Origin: Promethearchaeota archaeon
GTDB taxonomy: Archaea; Asgardarchaeota; Lokiarchaeia; Sigyniarchaeales; SOKP01
Length of the DNA: 19,060 bases
Assembly: GCA_016930515.1 (NCBI GenBank)
Contig: JAFGGO010000072.1
Location: 1-19,060 of the forward strand
Direction of reading: 5' to 3'
The notes under the pieces were generated by a model. The model saw nothing but the letters and a program-made list of their open reading frames with translations, searched no databases and had not been told where the DNA came from. A program made the translations under genes and the position numbers. Shown here one piece after another: positions 8,528-17,217 of this stretch; within the stretch, counting starts at the first letter, position 1; each line of letters opens with the position of its first letter.

Positions 8528-9304
8528 TTATAAGACTTTTTCGTACAATTCGCTAATACTTTTGTATAATTGTGCATTGTTCGATATCTTTAGGAGATTT
8601 TTGCCAACAAGGTTAAACTTGCTTATTTCATCGTCATAAGGAACCACACCAAGGAATTCCACTCGATTATCCCCTATTTTTTCCACGCGATCTTTTAAAA
8701 CGCTTTCTGTATCGCTTGGAAACTTGTTTCCAAGGATCCAAATCTTTTCGAACTTGAGATTTACTTCCTTGCTAACTTCGATAATGCGTTCCATGGTGTG
8801 AAGTCCCATCTTGCTTGCGTCAGTAACAATGACGAGGTCTGTCACGTTCCTTCCTGTTTTTCTTGCGAAGTATTCAAGACCTGCAGGAGCATCGATAAGA
8901 ACAAGATCGTAATTTTTAGCGATCACATCAATTACTTGTTTTAAAGTATTATTCACGCTACAATAACACCCTTCTCCCTCGCTACGGCCCATTTCGATGA
9001 TATCAAACTCGTCCTTTTCGATGATGGCGTCAAAGACTTCGGATTCAATAATTTGATTTTTTGGAACATCCAAGGGGATTTGTCGTTTAGCGATCTTTTC
9101 CTTTAGTTCGGTCATCTTTCCACCAACCGTTTCTTTAAATCGGATTTCTTCTCCAATGATATCCGCAACATTGGCGTCTGGATCTGCGTCAATAACTAGG
9201 ATGTTCTTGTATTTCTTTGTATTAAGCACGTGTTTTAAAAGCATGATGAGCAGGGTAGACTTTCCCACACCTCCTTTTCCACTAAATGACACGATTTTCA
9301 ACAA
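8528..9304 (-). CDS. cooC: CooC/AcsF-family nickel-insertion ATPase for CO dehydrogenase/acetyl-CoA synthase
   Basis: Deviant Walker A GKGGVGKS, VIDADPDAN, MGRSEGEGCYC (CxC Ni-binding motif), LIDAPAGLEYFAR, GNK. Confidence 0.9.
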   Translation of the reverse strand: MLKIVSFSGKGGVGKSTLLIMLLKHVLNTKKYKNILVIDADPDANVADIIGEEIRFKETVGGKMTELKEKIAKRQIPLDVPKNQIIESEVFDAIIEKDEFDIIEMGRSEGEGCYCSVNNTLKQVIDVIAKNYDLVLIDAPAGLEYFARKTGRNVTDLVIVTDASKMGLHTMERIIEVSKEVNLKFEKIWILGNKFPSDTESVLKDRVEKIGDNRVEFLGVVPYDDEISKFNLVGKNLLKISNNAQLYKSISELYEKVL

Positions 9305-9500
9305 TAATCACTCTTCTTTTTCAGTTATATTTATCTTACAAGTGGAAAAAATATTCTTATCATTTAAGGTTTAATGTCATGAAATATCAAAGAATCTCAT
9401 AGATCGTTTTTGACACGATAAGTAAAATGTAGAATGACTTCAAAAACGATAATAAAATTTGGATATTAATTATTCTAAAAAAAATAAAAAAATAATACGA

Positions 9501-9839
9501 TCAAACGCTTGATCGCTTTTTATTTTTATAATAATAGAGAAACATTCTAAATCCTATAAAGAATATCATCGTAATTGGTCCAATAAAAAGCCCTGGAATT
9601 AGATTATCAGATGAATTTTGAAGGTGTGGTCCCAAATAATCCAGCGAGAATAACATGCGATTGTTATATAATAAACGCGTTGCCATGAGAAAACCCTCCT
9701 CGTTATACACGATAACCATGCTGACATCGTGCCCACCTGCGTTTTGCGTCCATATGATGTTATTTCCAGAATCCATGACGTCATCGTCCCAATCTGCTGC
9801 TTCTATATATTCATCAATGGGCTTTAAGTAAAACTTATT
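9501..9839 (-). pseudogene. 5'-truncated remnant of a Loki-CTERM-type cell-surface protein (or small 91-aa ORF from ATG 9776)
   Basis: C-terminus IPG + hydrophobic helix + KNKKR basic tail. The frame stays open for 21 codons upstream of ATG 9776 (NKFYLKPIDEYIEAADWDDDV) to a TAG at 9840-9842, with no ATG in that stretch and no signal peptide. Confidence 0.55.
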
Positions 9840-9875
9840 CTATATTTATATCTATGAAATATAAAATTCTTATCT

Positions 9876-11147
9876 TTACACCCTTCTTTGGTAATTAACG
9901 CCCTTTTTTAATCCGGAAATTGAGAACAATTCGTCTCCTTCGATGAAATCTTCTATCATGTTTTTCTCAAGGTGGTGATAAAAAATTGGTTCGAGCAAAT
10001 TCTCTCCTTCATTCAACATTCGAGTTAAGTTCTTATGAAACTGAGAGTCTTTAAGAACTGTGTTTGTAAACGGGGTATTCTTGGCCAAACGATAATAAAA
10101 TCCAATTCCTACTTGATTTGGACGATGTTTTTTGAAAAACTCTAACCCCTTTTTTGTGGAATCGAGCGATTCTCCGGGATATCCCGTCATTAGGTCAATG
10201 GATACTTGGATCTTGTATTTTGAGCAGAGATTAATGACATTTTCTAAATCTTGATAGGAGTAGCTGTTGAGAGATTGGATGCGTTCGTCAGTATCAACGG
10301 ACAGAGTAATCATGTAGGCGTTTGTTTCGCTTAACAAGTAATATAGCTTTTCGCTGTAAGGCTTTGGTTTCATGTAAAGCGCCCATTTTAAACTAATTCC
10401 GCTCTCTTTTAATGTCTCGCAAAAGCGCATTGAAAAAGACAAGTCGTTGTTGAATTCGCTATCGCACAAATGAAAGTGATTGCATCCTCTCTTTACTAAA
10501 ATTCGTAATTCATCAACAACATTCTTAATGTTTCTAAACCATATTTTTTTATTCGCCTCAACGCAATAGGGACATTGATTTGTACAACCAAAATGCGTTT
10601 GAAACCCAAAAACACCATCTTCCTTTAAATAACGAGATAATTCTATGTCCTTTCCTCTACGATGAATTAAATTAGGATCTATACCTTGTTTCCATCCGTC
10701 AATTAAATCTTCTGTGAGAGCGTTTTCTTGCCACGAATGTAAAAAGCGAGGAAATGCTATTTCTCCTGGTCCCACGATACCGTAATCTGCGCCCAAGTAC
10801 TCTAATATTTCTCTTGGCATTGATGAGAAGCCAGCACCACCTAATACGACAGGCAAATCAAATTGTTTCGCAAATTGGACTAATTTTCTAATTTTGGGCA
10901 AGTAGAAATCGCAATTGAAATAAATTCCAAAATCAACATTGCGAATCGTGAATCCAATAATGTCGTAATTTCCATTTTGTAGTTCAGTTTTAATTTCGAT
11001 CTCTGGAGTGCTGGAAAAACATAAATCCAAGATTTTTACTCGATGTTCGTGTTTCTCTATGGCTGTTTTTAAATATTCCAAGCCAATAGGGGGGACTGGC
11101 GGAACTTTCATTTGGTTTGGATTTATTAATAGGATTTTAAGCTCCAT
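9876..11147 (-). CDS. Cobalamin-binding radical SAM protein (class B; TsrM-like / lipid-biosynthesis B12-rSAM-like)
   Basis: N-terminal B12-binding domain (LLINPNQ..PPIGLEYL, GFTIRNVD, VVLGGAGFS, YGIVGPGE), CxxxCxxC at C188/C192/C195, HLCDSEFN, GYPGES. Confidence 0.92.
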   Translation of the reverse strand: MELKILLINPNQMKVPPVPPIGLEYLKTAIEKHEHRVKILDLCFSSTPEIEIKTELQNGNYDIIGFTIRNVDFGIYFNCDFYLPKIRKLVQFAKQFDLPVVLGGAGFSSMPREILEYLGADYGIVGPGEIAFPRFLHSWQENALTEDLIDGWKQGIDPNLIHRRGKDIELSRYLKEDGVFGFQTHFGCTNQCPYCVEANKKIWFRNIKNVVDELRILVKRGCNHFHLCDSEFNNDLSFSMRFCETLKESGISLKWALYMKPKPYSEKLYYLLSETNAYMITLSVDTDERIQSLNSYSYQDLENVINLCSKYKIQVSIDLMTGYPGESLDSTKKGLEFFKKHRPNQVGIGFYYRLAKNTPFTNTVLKDSQFHKNLTRMLNEGENLLEPIFYHHLEKNMIEDFIEGDELFSISGLKKGVNYQRRV

Positions 11148-11299
11148 TTTGAGTAGAATCCAGGATTATATTAATAGTGGTATTGATATATTCAATATTT
11201 TATATCAAGTTTGTGTTGTGAAAGTATCTAATTCTTCTCTAAATATTCTTAAGCTTTCTTACATGTAAAATAATAATATTACCATAATAAAGAAGGTTT

Positions 11300-11851
11300 A
11301 TGAAAAGAATCCTGGCAATTATGGGAAGCCCTCGGAAAAACGGAAACACCCACATCCTACTTTTAAAACTACTTGAAGCAGGAAAAAAAGTAGGCTCTCA
11401 AGGAGAAATGTTATTTTTAGGAGACTTGAACATAAAGGAATGCGATGGTTGCCACTCTTGCTGGAAAGGAAACGAATGTAGCAAGAACGACGATATGAAC
11501 GATATCTACAAAAAAATTGCAGATAGTGATGTGCTCGTATTTGGAACTCCCGTATATTGGTATGGTCCTACCGGGTTAATGAAGTTGTTTTTAGATAGGT
11601 GCGTCTTTTTCAATTGTGAAGAAAACAATAAGCAAATTGCAGGAAAATCTGCAGTGCTTGTCGTTCCGTTTGAAGAAAATACGCTCGAAACTGCCAAACC
11701 TCTAGTTGATCTATTTGAGAAAAGTTTTAAATATTTGAACTTGAATCTTATTGAACAACTACTCGTACCTGGGGTATACAAAAAAGGAGATGTGTTGAAA
11801 AAGAAAGACGCTATAAATCGTGCCATTGAAATAGGGACTTCAATAGTTTAA
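11300..11851 (+). CDS. Iron-sulfur flavoprotein (Isf / WrbA-like multimeric flavodoxin)
   Basis: GSPRKNGNT FMN-phosphate loop, compact CDGCHSCWKGNEC 4Fe-4S motif, DDM, GTPVYWYGPTGLMKLFLDR. Confidence 0.92.
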   Translation: MKRILAIMGSPRKNGNTHILLLKLLEAGKKVGSQGEMLFLGDLNIKECDGCHSCWKGNECSKNDDMNDIYKKIADSDVLVFGTPVYWYGPTGLMKLFLDRCVFFNCEENNKQIAGKSAVLVVPFEENTLETAKPLVDLFEKSFKYLNLNLIEQLLVPGVYKKGDVLKKKDAINRAIEIGTSIV

Positions 11852-11873
11852 ATATACTTAATCAATTAAATAC

Positions 11874-13400
11874 TTAATTTTTACCGAAAGCTTTTAATTT
11901 ATGTCCCAAATCTTCTTTAAAATTGAATTTTTGAGCGTGAAAATCGTAAATCAAATTATCAATTTGTTCTTGTTTTACCGAAAGGTCGTATTGAAAATTT
12001 TTTTTTTTTTCTGAGATGATCTGCTTGACTAATTTCTCGACCTCAGATTGCGTGTCGATATCTGGATGAACAAAAGGCAATGCGTGAATGGTTGTAATCT
12101 GAATGCTGCTAGTATTATTTAGAATTCCCTTTGCTAGATAATTATACAAAGAACTATTAAGTAATCCTAAAAAATATTCTATAGATAAGGAAGGATTTAT
12201 TAACACAAATCCAATGGCCTTGTTTGAATCCCAATAACATCCTTTTGGCATGTGTCTTGCGGCTAATTTAGAACTCACGCCACTAATCACGATGCCCTCT
12301 TCTTCAAAAGGAACGCTTTTTGGAATGTCATAGATTTTTTGAGACTCTGAATCCCAATCTAAAGCCTCCCAAATGGGCCTATAATATTGATCCGCTCCAC
12401 CGCGCTTCAAGTACGGTTTCCATTGCTCCGAATCAAGAGCGCTCCTCGGTAGAATTTTATAACGCTGATTTTTTTCAGAAATGGTTTCGTTTCGTTTTTG
12501 GAATAGTTCCGCCAATGGTGTTCCTTCAATTGCAGCAATATATTTCCTATTATCGTGCGTGTGCATCCCAATATACCCCTTTAAGTAATGCTTCAATTTA
12601 GGAGCACTTTGGAACAATTTTATGATTTCCAGTTCCATATCCGAAAAAAACAGGTTAAATGGTAATAATTCGTACATTTCTTGCTTATAAGTATGGATAA
12701 CGCTAGGATCGTCGTATTGATTTTCGTTCTCGACTCTTGGAACGACTTGCATTATGTTTTCTTTTCTATTGAGTATGTTTTCTTTCCCTGAACATTTCGT
12801 TAATATTATTATCGCAGGACTGGTGCTCACGTTTTGACTTGAAAACAAACCTTTAGGTGCGAGTAATATTTCGTTAATTTTACAATTATCAAGGATAAAT
12901 CTCCTTAACTTGGCGTGAGTTTTTAATGTGAGAAAAGAATCGCTGGTTATGAATCCAAGCCTCCCCCCTTCCTTTAAGCGCCAAATTCCATTAACAAGAA
13001 ACATGGAGTAGGTCTCATGGGCGTTGATCTTCCCGTAAATCTTTTTTAACAATTTTTTATTTTCTCGGATATAAGAACTCGACTTATTAAGATATGGAGG
13101 ATTTCCAACGATAATATCAAATTCGTTTTTTAAATCTTCGTGAAAAGACAGGAGCGTGTCCTGAGATTGAAAAGAGACCCCTAATTGAAGAATATCGCTT
13201 TCGTGGCGATTATCCAAATCAAAAGTAAAGATTTTTTCGTTATCCACTCCTGCTTTAAGTAAGGATTTCACGAATACGCCTGGTCCAACGCAAGGATCGC
13301 ATATTTTTTCTATCTTTTTCATGTTTATTAATTTAGATACGATATAGTCTGCTGTTTTTTGAGGAGTTAAAATAACACCTAATTCCTTTTTAAGGTTCAT
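11874..13400 (-). CDS. N6-adenine DNA methyltransferase, gamma class (M.TaqI/Eco57I-like) with C-terminal specificity domain; no adjacent endonuclease
   Basis: Motif X (TP), motif I DPCVGPGVF, motif IV FDIIVGNPPY, LKEGGRLGFITSDSFL, then TaqI_C-like YFLGLLNSSL...LPF. Confidence 0.9.
   Translation of the reverse strand: MNLKKELGVILTPQKTADYIVSKLINMKKIEKICDPCVGPGVFVKSLLKAGVDNEKIFTFDLDNRHESDILQLGVSFQSQDTLLSFHEDLKNEFDIIVGNPPYLNKSSSYIRENKKLLKKIYGKINAHETYSMFLVNGIWRLKEGGRLGFITSDSFLTLKTHAKLRRFILDNCKINEILLAPKGLFSSQNVSTSPAIIILTKCSGKENILNRKENIMQVVPRVENENQYDDPSVIHTYKQEMYELLPFNLFFSDMELEIIKLFQSAPKLKHYLKGYIGMHTHDNRKYIAAIEGTPLAELFQKRNETISEKNQRYKILPRSALDSEQWKPYLKRGGADQYYRPIWEALDWDSESQKIYDIPKSVPFEEEGIVISGVSSKLAARHMPKGCYWDSNKAIGFVLINPSLSIEYFLGLLNSSLYNYLAKGILNNTSSIQITTIHALPFVHPDIDTQSEVEKLVKQIISEKKKNFQYDLSVKQEQIDNLIYDFHAQKFNFKEDLGHKLKAFGKN
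11998..12010. repeat. 13-nt homopolymer (T13 plus strand, A13 coding strand) inside the methyltransferase gene
   Basis: Coding strand reads GAA AAA AAA AAA AAT (E-K-K-K-N); longest homopolymer I found in the window. Confidence 0.9.
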
Positions 13401-13504
13401 TATTGTTCTAATTCTTTGAATATTAAATATCCATTTTTTTTTGAAAATATTTATCTTATGATTCTATTATTAGTAATTCGTAAAAAATTTTATAATGATT
13501 CGAC

Positions 13505-14782
13505 TTGAGCTTGATAAAAGTATTAATCGCCGATGATTCTGCGTTCTTGAGAAAGTCAATTGCGTCGATTTTATCAGAGGAAAAATCGATAGAAATTGTC
13601 GATATGGCCATCAATGGAAGAGAAGCGATCGAAAAGGTTAATAAGCATCACCCGGATGTTCTCATATTAGATCTTTTAATGCCCGAAATGGACGGGTTAG
13701 AGGCTTTCAAACATATTATGAAAGATTATCCCGTACCAACCATAATACTTTCTGCTGTTAATCCACAAAATATGGATACTTCCGTTCAGGCCTTACTAAT
13801 GGGGGCTTTTGATTATGTTATTAAACCAGGAGGAATTGGTGCGAAAGATTTACCGAGATTTAGAGAAGAACTACGATCCAAAGTGTTGTTGGCATCCCAA
13901 TCGCAAATAACAAGAATTTACGCAAGAAAAAAAGAGCGAACCAGAAAAACTACCTTGCGACAGCAATTAATTGACGACACTTTTGAGTTTGGAGTGTATC
14001 TACGGGATCTCAAGCCGATCGAAGAAGAAGAAAGAAAGATAATTGAAGATGCTTCTGAAAAATCAAAGTTAAAACTCTGGAAGAAGGAAAAAGAAAAAGA
14101 TAAGTTAGAACCGAAATTAACAGAGGAGATTTCTCCTCCTTTAAAAAAGGAAGCAAGAATGCAAAAAATTCCGTCAATTTCGTCCAGTGTTGAAAATTTA
14201 CAAATATCAAGGCTTACAAATCCAATTATTGTTATAGGAGCAAGCGTTGGTGGTCCAAAAACAGTAAGGACCATTCTTAAAGATATGCCTCGCAGTCTCC
14301 CGGTCCCAATTTTAGTCGTTCAACATTTAAGCGAATTTTTTTTAGAATCTTTTGCCATGTCTCTTGACGCTGCATGTAAGATTAAAGTAAAGGTAGCCCA
14401 GAACGGGGAACAAATTCTTCCTGGTATAGCATATATCTCGCCAGGAGGTAAGCACATGGAAATTACTATGAAAGGAAACGAACCAATAATCAAAATATTT
14501 GAAGGAGAACCAGTTAATTTTTGCATTCCTTCTGTAGATGTTTTATTCTTTTCTGCTGCGAAATTCTTTAAGAGAAATACAATAGGGATACTTTTAACGG
14601 GAATGGGAAAAGACGGCGTAGATGGATTGGGAGTGATCAAAAACAATGGTGGAATTACAATAGCAGAATCGGAAGAAACATCGGTTCTTTATGGGATGCC
14701 CAAATTCGCAAAAGAACAAGGTGTCGCAAAACTCGTTCTCCCTAACTATAAAATAAGCGAATATATTCAGAGTCTATTGTAA
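13505..14782 (+). CDS. cheB: Chemotaxis response regulator protein-glutamate methylesterase CheB
   Basis: Receiver domain (IADDS, LILDLLMPEMDG, ILSA, GAFDYVIKP) plus methylesterase with Ser-His-Asp triad (GASVGGP, VVQH, LLTGMGKDG), PSVDVLF, YGMP; about 100-aa charged linker; TTG start. Confidence 0.95.
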   Translation: MSLIKVLIADDSAFLRKSIASILSEEKSIEIVDMAINGREAIEKVNKHHPDVLILDLLMPEMDGLEAFKHIMKDYPVPTIILSAVNPQNMDTSVQALLMGAFDYVIKPGGIGAKDLPRFREELRSKVLLASQSQITRIYARKKERTRKTTLRQQLIDDTFEFGVYLRDLKPIEEEERKIIEDASEKSKLKLWKKEKEKDKLEPKLTEEISPPLKKEARMQKIPSISSSVENLQISRLTNPIIVIGASVGGPKTVRTILKDMPRSLPVPILVVQHLSEFFLESFAMSLDAACKIKVKVAQNGEQILPGIAYISPGGKHMEITMKGNEPIIKIFEGEPVNFCIPSVDVLFFSAAKFFKRNTIGILLTGMGKDGVDGLGVIKNNGGITIAESEETSVLYGMPKFAKEQGVAKLVLPNYKISEYIQSLL

Positions 14783-14987
14783 ACTTCTGTGCTATTTTTT
14801 ATATTTTTAGTTCATCATTTTAAAAGACAAAAATAATTTCTTGATGGAATGTATAATAAAAGGCCTTTAAGAAAACGATTTAAGGGAATAATAATTTAAT
14901 AAGCCATACTCTTGAAATAAAAACTCACATTATAGGTATTTTTTTACCGTTTGGAGTTGAATCGTACTTTTAATTGGTAGAAATATT

Positions 14988-15761
14988 ATGGACGGTATTT
15001 ATACACTTAATATTTTTGTTGGTGACCTGTTTTTAACATTATTTTTATATTTGTATATTTTAGCAACTATAATTGCTCCCTTTTACTTGAAAAAAAAAGG
15101 GAAGATTTCTAAATTTGCGGCAAGAAAAACCGTACATTTATTAACTGGGCTAGTTGTGCTTTTTGCTCCCTTCCTCTCTAGACCTTACGGGCGATTCTGG
15201 GCTGTATTAGTTGCTTTTTCGTTAACAATAATTGTGTATAACACCGAAAAAAATTCAAAAATTAAAATACTTGGCGAATTATACCAAGCAATTGGTGAAG
15301 AGGCAGAAGATAAATTAAATCGTTCCTATCTTCAAGGTCCATTTCATTATTGCGTTTCTATTACTTTTTTAATTACTTTATTTGTTATCTTAGGTTTTTG
15401 GGAGGATCAAATATATCTTCCCATCGCTGGAATCCTAATTATGATTATTAGCGACACGCTTGCTAGTGTGGTTGGAAAAAAATATGGAAAAATTAAAATA
15501 AATCTTTCGTGGACGGGTACCACGAGATCTCTAGAAGGATCGTTAGTGTTTATGGCCACGGCCTTTTTATTGGCCTATTTTTCCTTTTATGTTTTTGGTT
15601 TCTTATATAGGGCGCTTTCAATAGAAGTTGTCTTCTTATATTCGATTGTAACTGCCATCGTAAGCACTGTAATAGAGTTAGTCTCTCCAAGCACGTGGGA
15701 TGATTTAACCGTTCCGATCATTTCCACGCTAGTAATGTGGATTGCATTATTTTTTATTTAA
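14988..15761 (+). CDS. CTP-dependent polyprenol/diacylglycerol kinase family membrane protein (SEC59 / phytol kinase VTE5 / Dgk1-like, COG0170)
   Basis: Multi-TM 257 aa; RKTVH, GPFHY, ISDTLASVVGKKYG, RSLEGS, ELVS...DDLTVP match the dolichol/phytol kinase motifs RKxxH, D..A..vG..fG, KSxEGS, E....DN..vP. Confidence 0.85.
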   Translation: MDGIYTLNIFVGDLFLTLFLYLYILATIIAPFYLKKKGKISKFAARKTVHLLTGLVVLFAPFLSRPYGRFWAVLVAFSLTIIVYNTEKNSKIKILGELYQAIGEEAEDKLNRSYLQGPFHYCVSITFLITLFVILGFWEDQIYLPIAGILIMIISDTLASVVGKKYGKIKINLSWTGTTRSLEGSLVFMATAFLLAYFSFYVFGFLYRALSIEVVFLYSIVTAIVSTVIELVSPSTWDDLTVPIISTLVMWIALFFI

Positions 15762-15809
15762 TATCATGTTTTTTTAATTTATTATTTGAAGAAAATAATT
15801 TGAATTGAG

Positions 15810-17207
15810 ATGTCTGGAACAAGCGAAGAATATGATGTAGTTGTTGTTGGCGCTGGTACTGGTGGTGCTATTGCTGCTCGATTTGCTGCCGAAAAAGGCT
15901 TGAAAGTTTGCTTGATCGATAGCAAGGAAAGATCCCAAATTGGTAATAAGATTTGCGGTGACGGGGTTGGCTCTGAAATCTTTGATTTTCTTAAAATCAA
16001 TCATCCAAAAGGAGAAGAACTTGCTTGTAATATTACAGGTGTTAAAATGTATTCTCCCAACTTACAAAAGTGCCTTACGATGATTGATCCAAAGCAAGCG
16101 GGATATGTTGTGAATCGGATTGAATTTGGACAAAGATTAGTTAACGAGGCATTAGATGCGGGAGTAAAAGATTTTTTTGACAACACGATGGCTTTAAAAT
16201 TGTTATATAAGGGAGATATGGTTACAGGTTTAAAAGTAAAATCTAAGCATGAGGGTGTTTCAGAACTTCGATCGAAAATAGTAGTTGACGCAAGCGGTTA
16301 TTACTCGCCATTAAGAAATCAAGTAAAGCATCCAATGGTCGAAAAAGATTTATCTAAGGCTGATTCTATCCTGTGCTTTAGAGAAATCGTTAATTTCCCT
16401 AAAAAGGATCAATTAGTTAAAGATCCCGAATATATAACGATAGTTTTGGATCAAAAACGCGCTCCAGGGGGATATGTTTGGTATTTTCCAAAAAACGAAT
16501 ATTCTGTTAATATAGGTCTTGGAGTGTTTATGGATTACAAGGGAAAGGTTAAAGATTATTATCAAAAATATGTTTTTAACGAATACATAAAATCTCCTAA
16601 TTACGAAATAGAATCTTCGGGTGGAGGTGTTGTTTCCGTGCGAAGACCTTTATGGTCGTGCGCAGAAAACGGCCTTATGCTAGTGGGGGATTCTGGATAT
16701 CAGGTTAATCCATTACACGGAGGAGGAATTGATCCCTCAATGAGGGCGGGATTGTATGCCGCAAACGCTGCGATTGACGCAATTGAGGTGGGCGATTACT
16801 CGTTGAATAAGTTATGGGCATTTAATACGGATATAATGACTACCTTCGGAGCTCAATTCGCATCCCTTGATTTGTTAAGGATGGTCTTACAGGTACTCAC
16901 AAACGAGGAGCTGAACTTTGGGCTTAGCAAGGACCTGTTAACTGAAGATGAAATTCTCAATATTGCTGAAACCGGTCATATAAACCTTTCAATAATGAAT
17001 ATGGTAACCAAGGCCATCAAGGGCTTCTCAAACACGAAATTGCTATTAGATTTAAATTACCTGCGAATTCGGATGAATGAAATTGCCAAGATCTACAGGA
17101 AATTTCCTTCGGATATCAATAAATTCGCAGATTGGAAAAATAAAGTAGTTCAAGTTTACAATAACCTTAATAAGATGGTCATTCATCCTAGAAATCATTC
17201 AAGATGA
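15810..17207 (+). CDS. Geranylgeranyl reductase (digeranylgeranylglycerophospholipid reductase family)
   Basis: YDVVVVGAGTGG FAD motif, KICGDG, VDASG, PGGYVWYFP (PxxYxWxFP GGR signature), VGDSGYQVNPLHGGGI; adjacent to GGGPS/DGGGPS. Confidence 0.92.
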   Translation: MSGTSEEYDVVVVGAGTGGAIAARFAAEKGLKVCLIDSKERSQIGNKICGDGVGSEIFDFLKINHPKGEELACNITGVKMYSPNLQKCLTMIDPKQAGYVVNRIEFGQRLVNEALDAGVKDFFDNTMALKLLYKGDMVTGLKVKSKHEGVSELRSKIVVDASGYYSPLRNQVKHPMVEKDLSKADSILCFREIVNFPKKDQLVKDPEYITIVLDQKRAPGGYVWYFPKNEYSVNIGLGVFMDYKGKVKDYYQKYVFNEYIKSPNYEIESSGGGVVSVRRPLWSCAENGLMLVGDSGYQVNPLHGGGIDPSMRAGLYAANAAIDAIEVGDYSLNKLWAFNTDIMTTFGAQFASLDLLRMVLQVLTNEELNFGLSKDLLTEDEILNIAETGHINLSIMNMVTKAIKGFSNTKLLLDLNYLRIRMNEIAKIYRKFPSDINKFADWKNKVVQVYNNLNKMVIHPRNHSR

Positions 17208-17217
17208 TAGAATACAA

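Noticed and set aside
8528-9304. ParA/MinD partition or division ATPase
   Set aside because: The GEGCYC metal-binding motif and DAPAGLEY segment point to CooC.
11874-13400. Complete restriction-modification system or fused Type IIG enzyme
   Set aside because: The protein starts directly at the MTase motif X with no N-terminal nuclease domain, and there is no neighbouring endonuclease.
14988-15761. CDP-archaeol synthase (CarS) or CdsA as the identity of the first lipid-cluster gene
   Set aside because: Motifs RKxxH, D-x-x-A-x-x-x-G, SLEGS and DD-x-x-VP fit the SEC59/phytol kinase family; CarS-type PxDxG...G.GKTW and LDQ motifs are absent.
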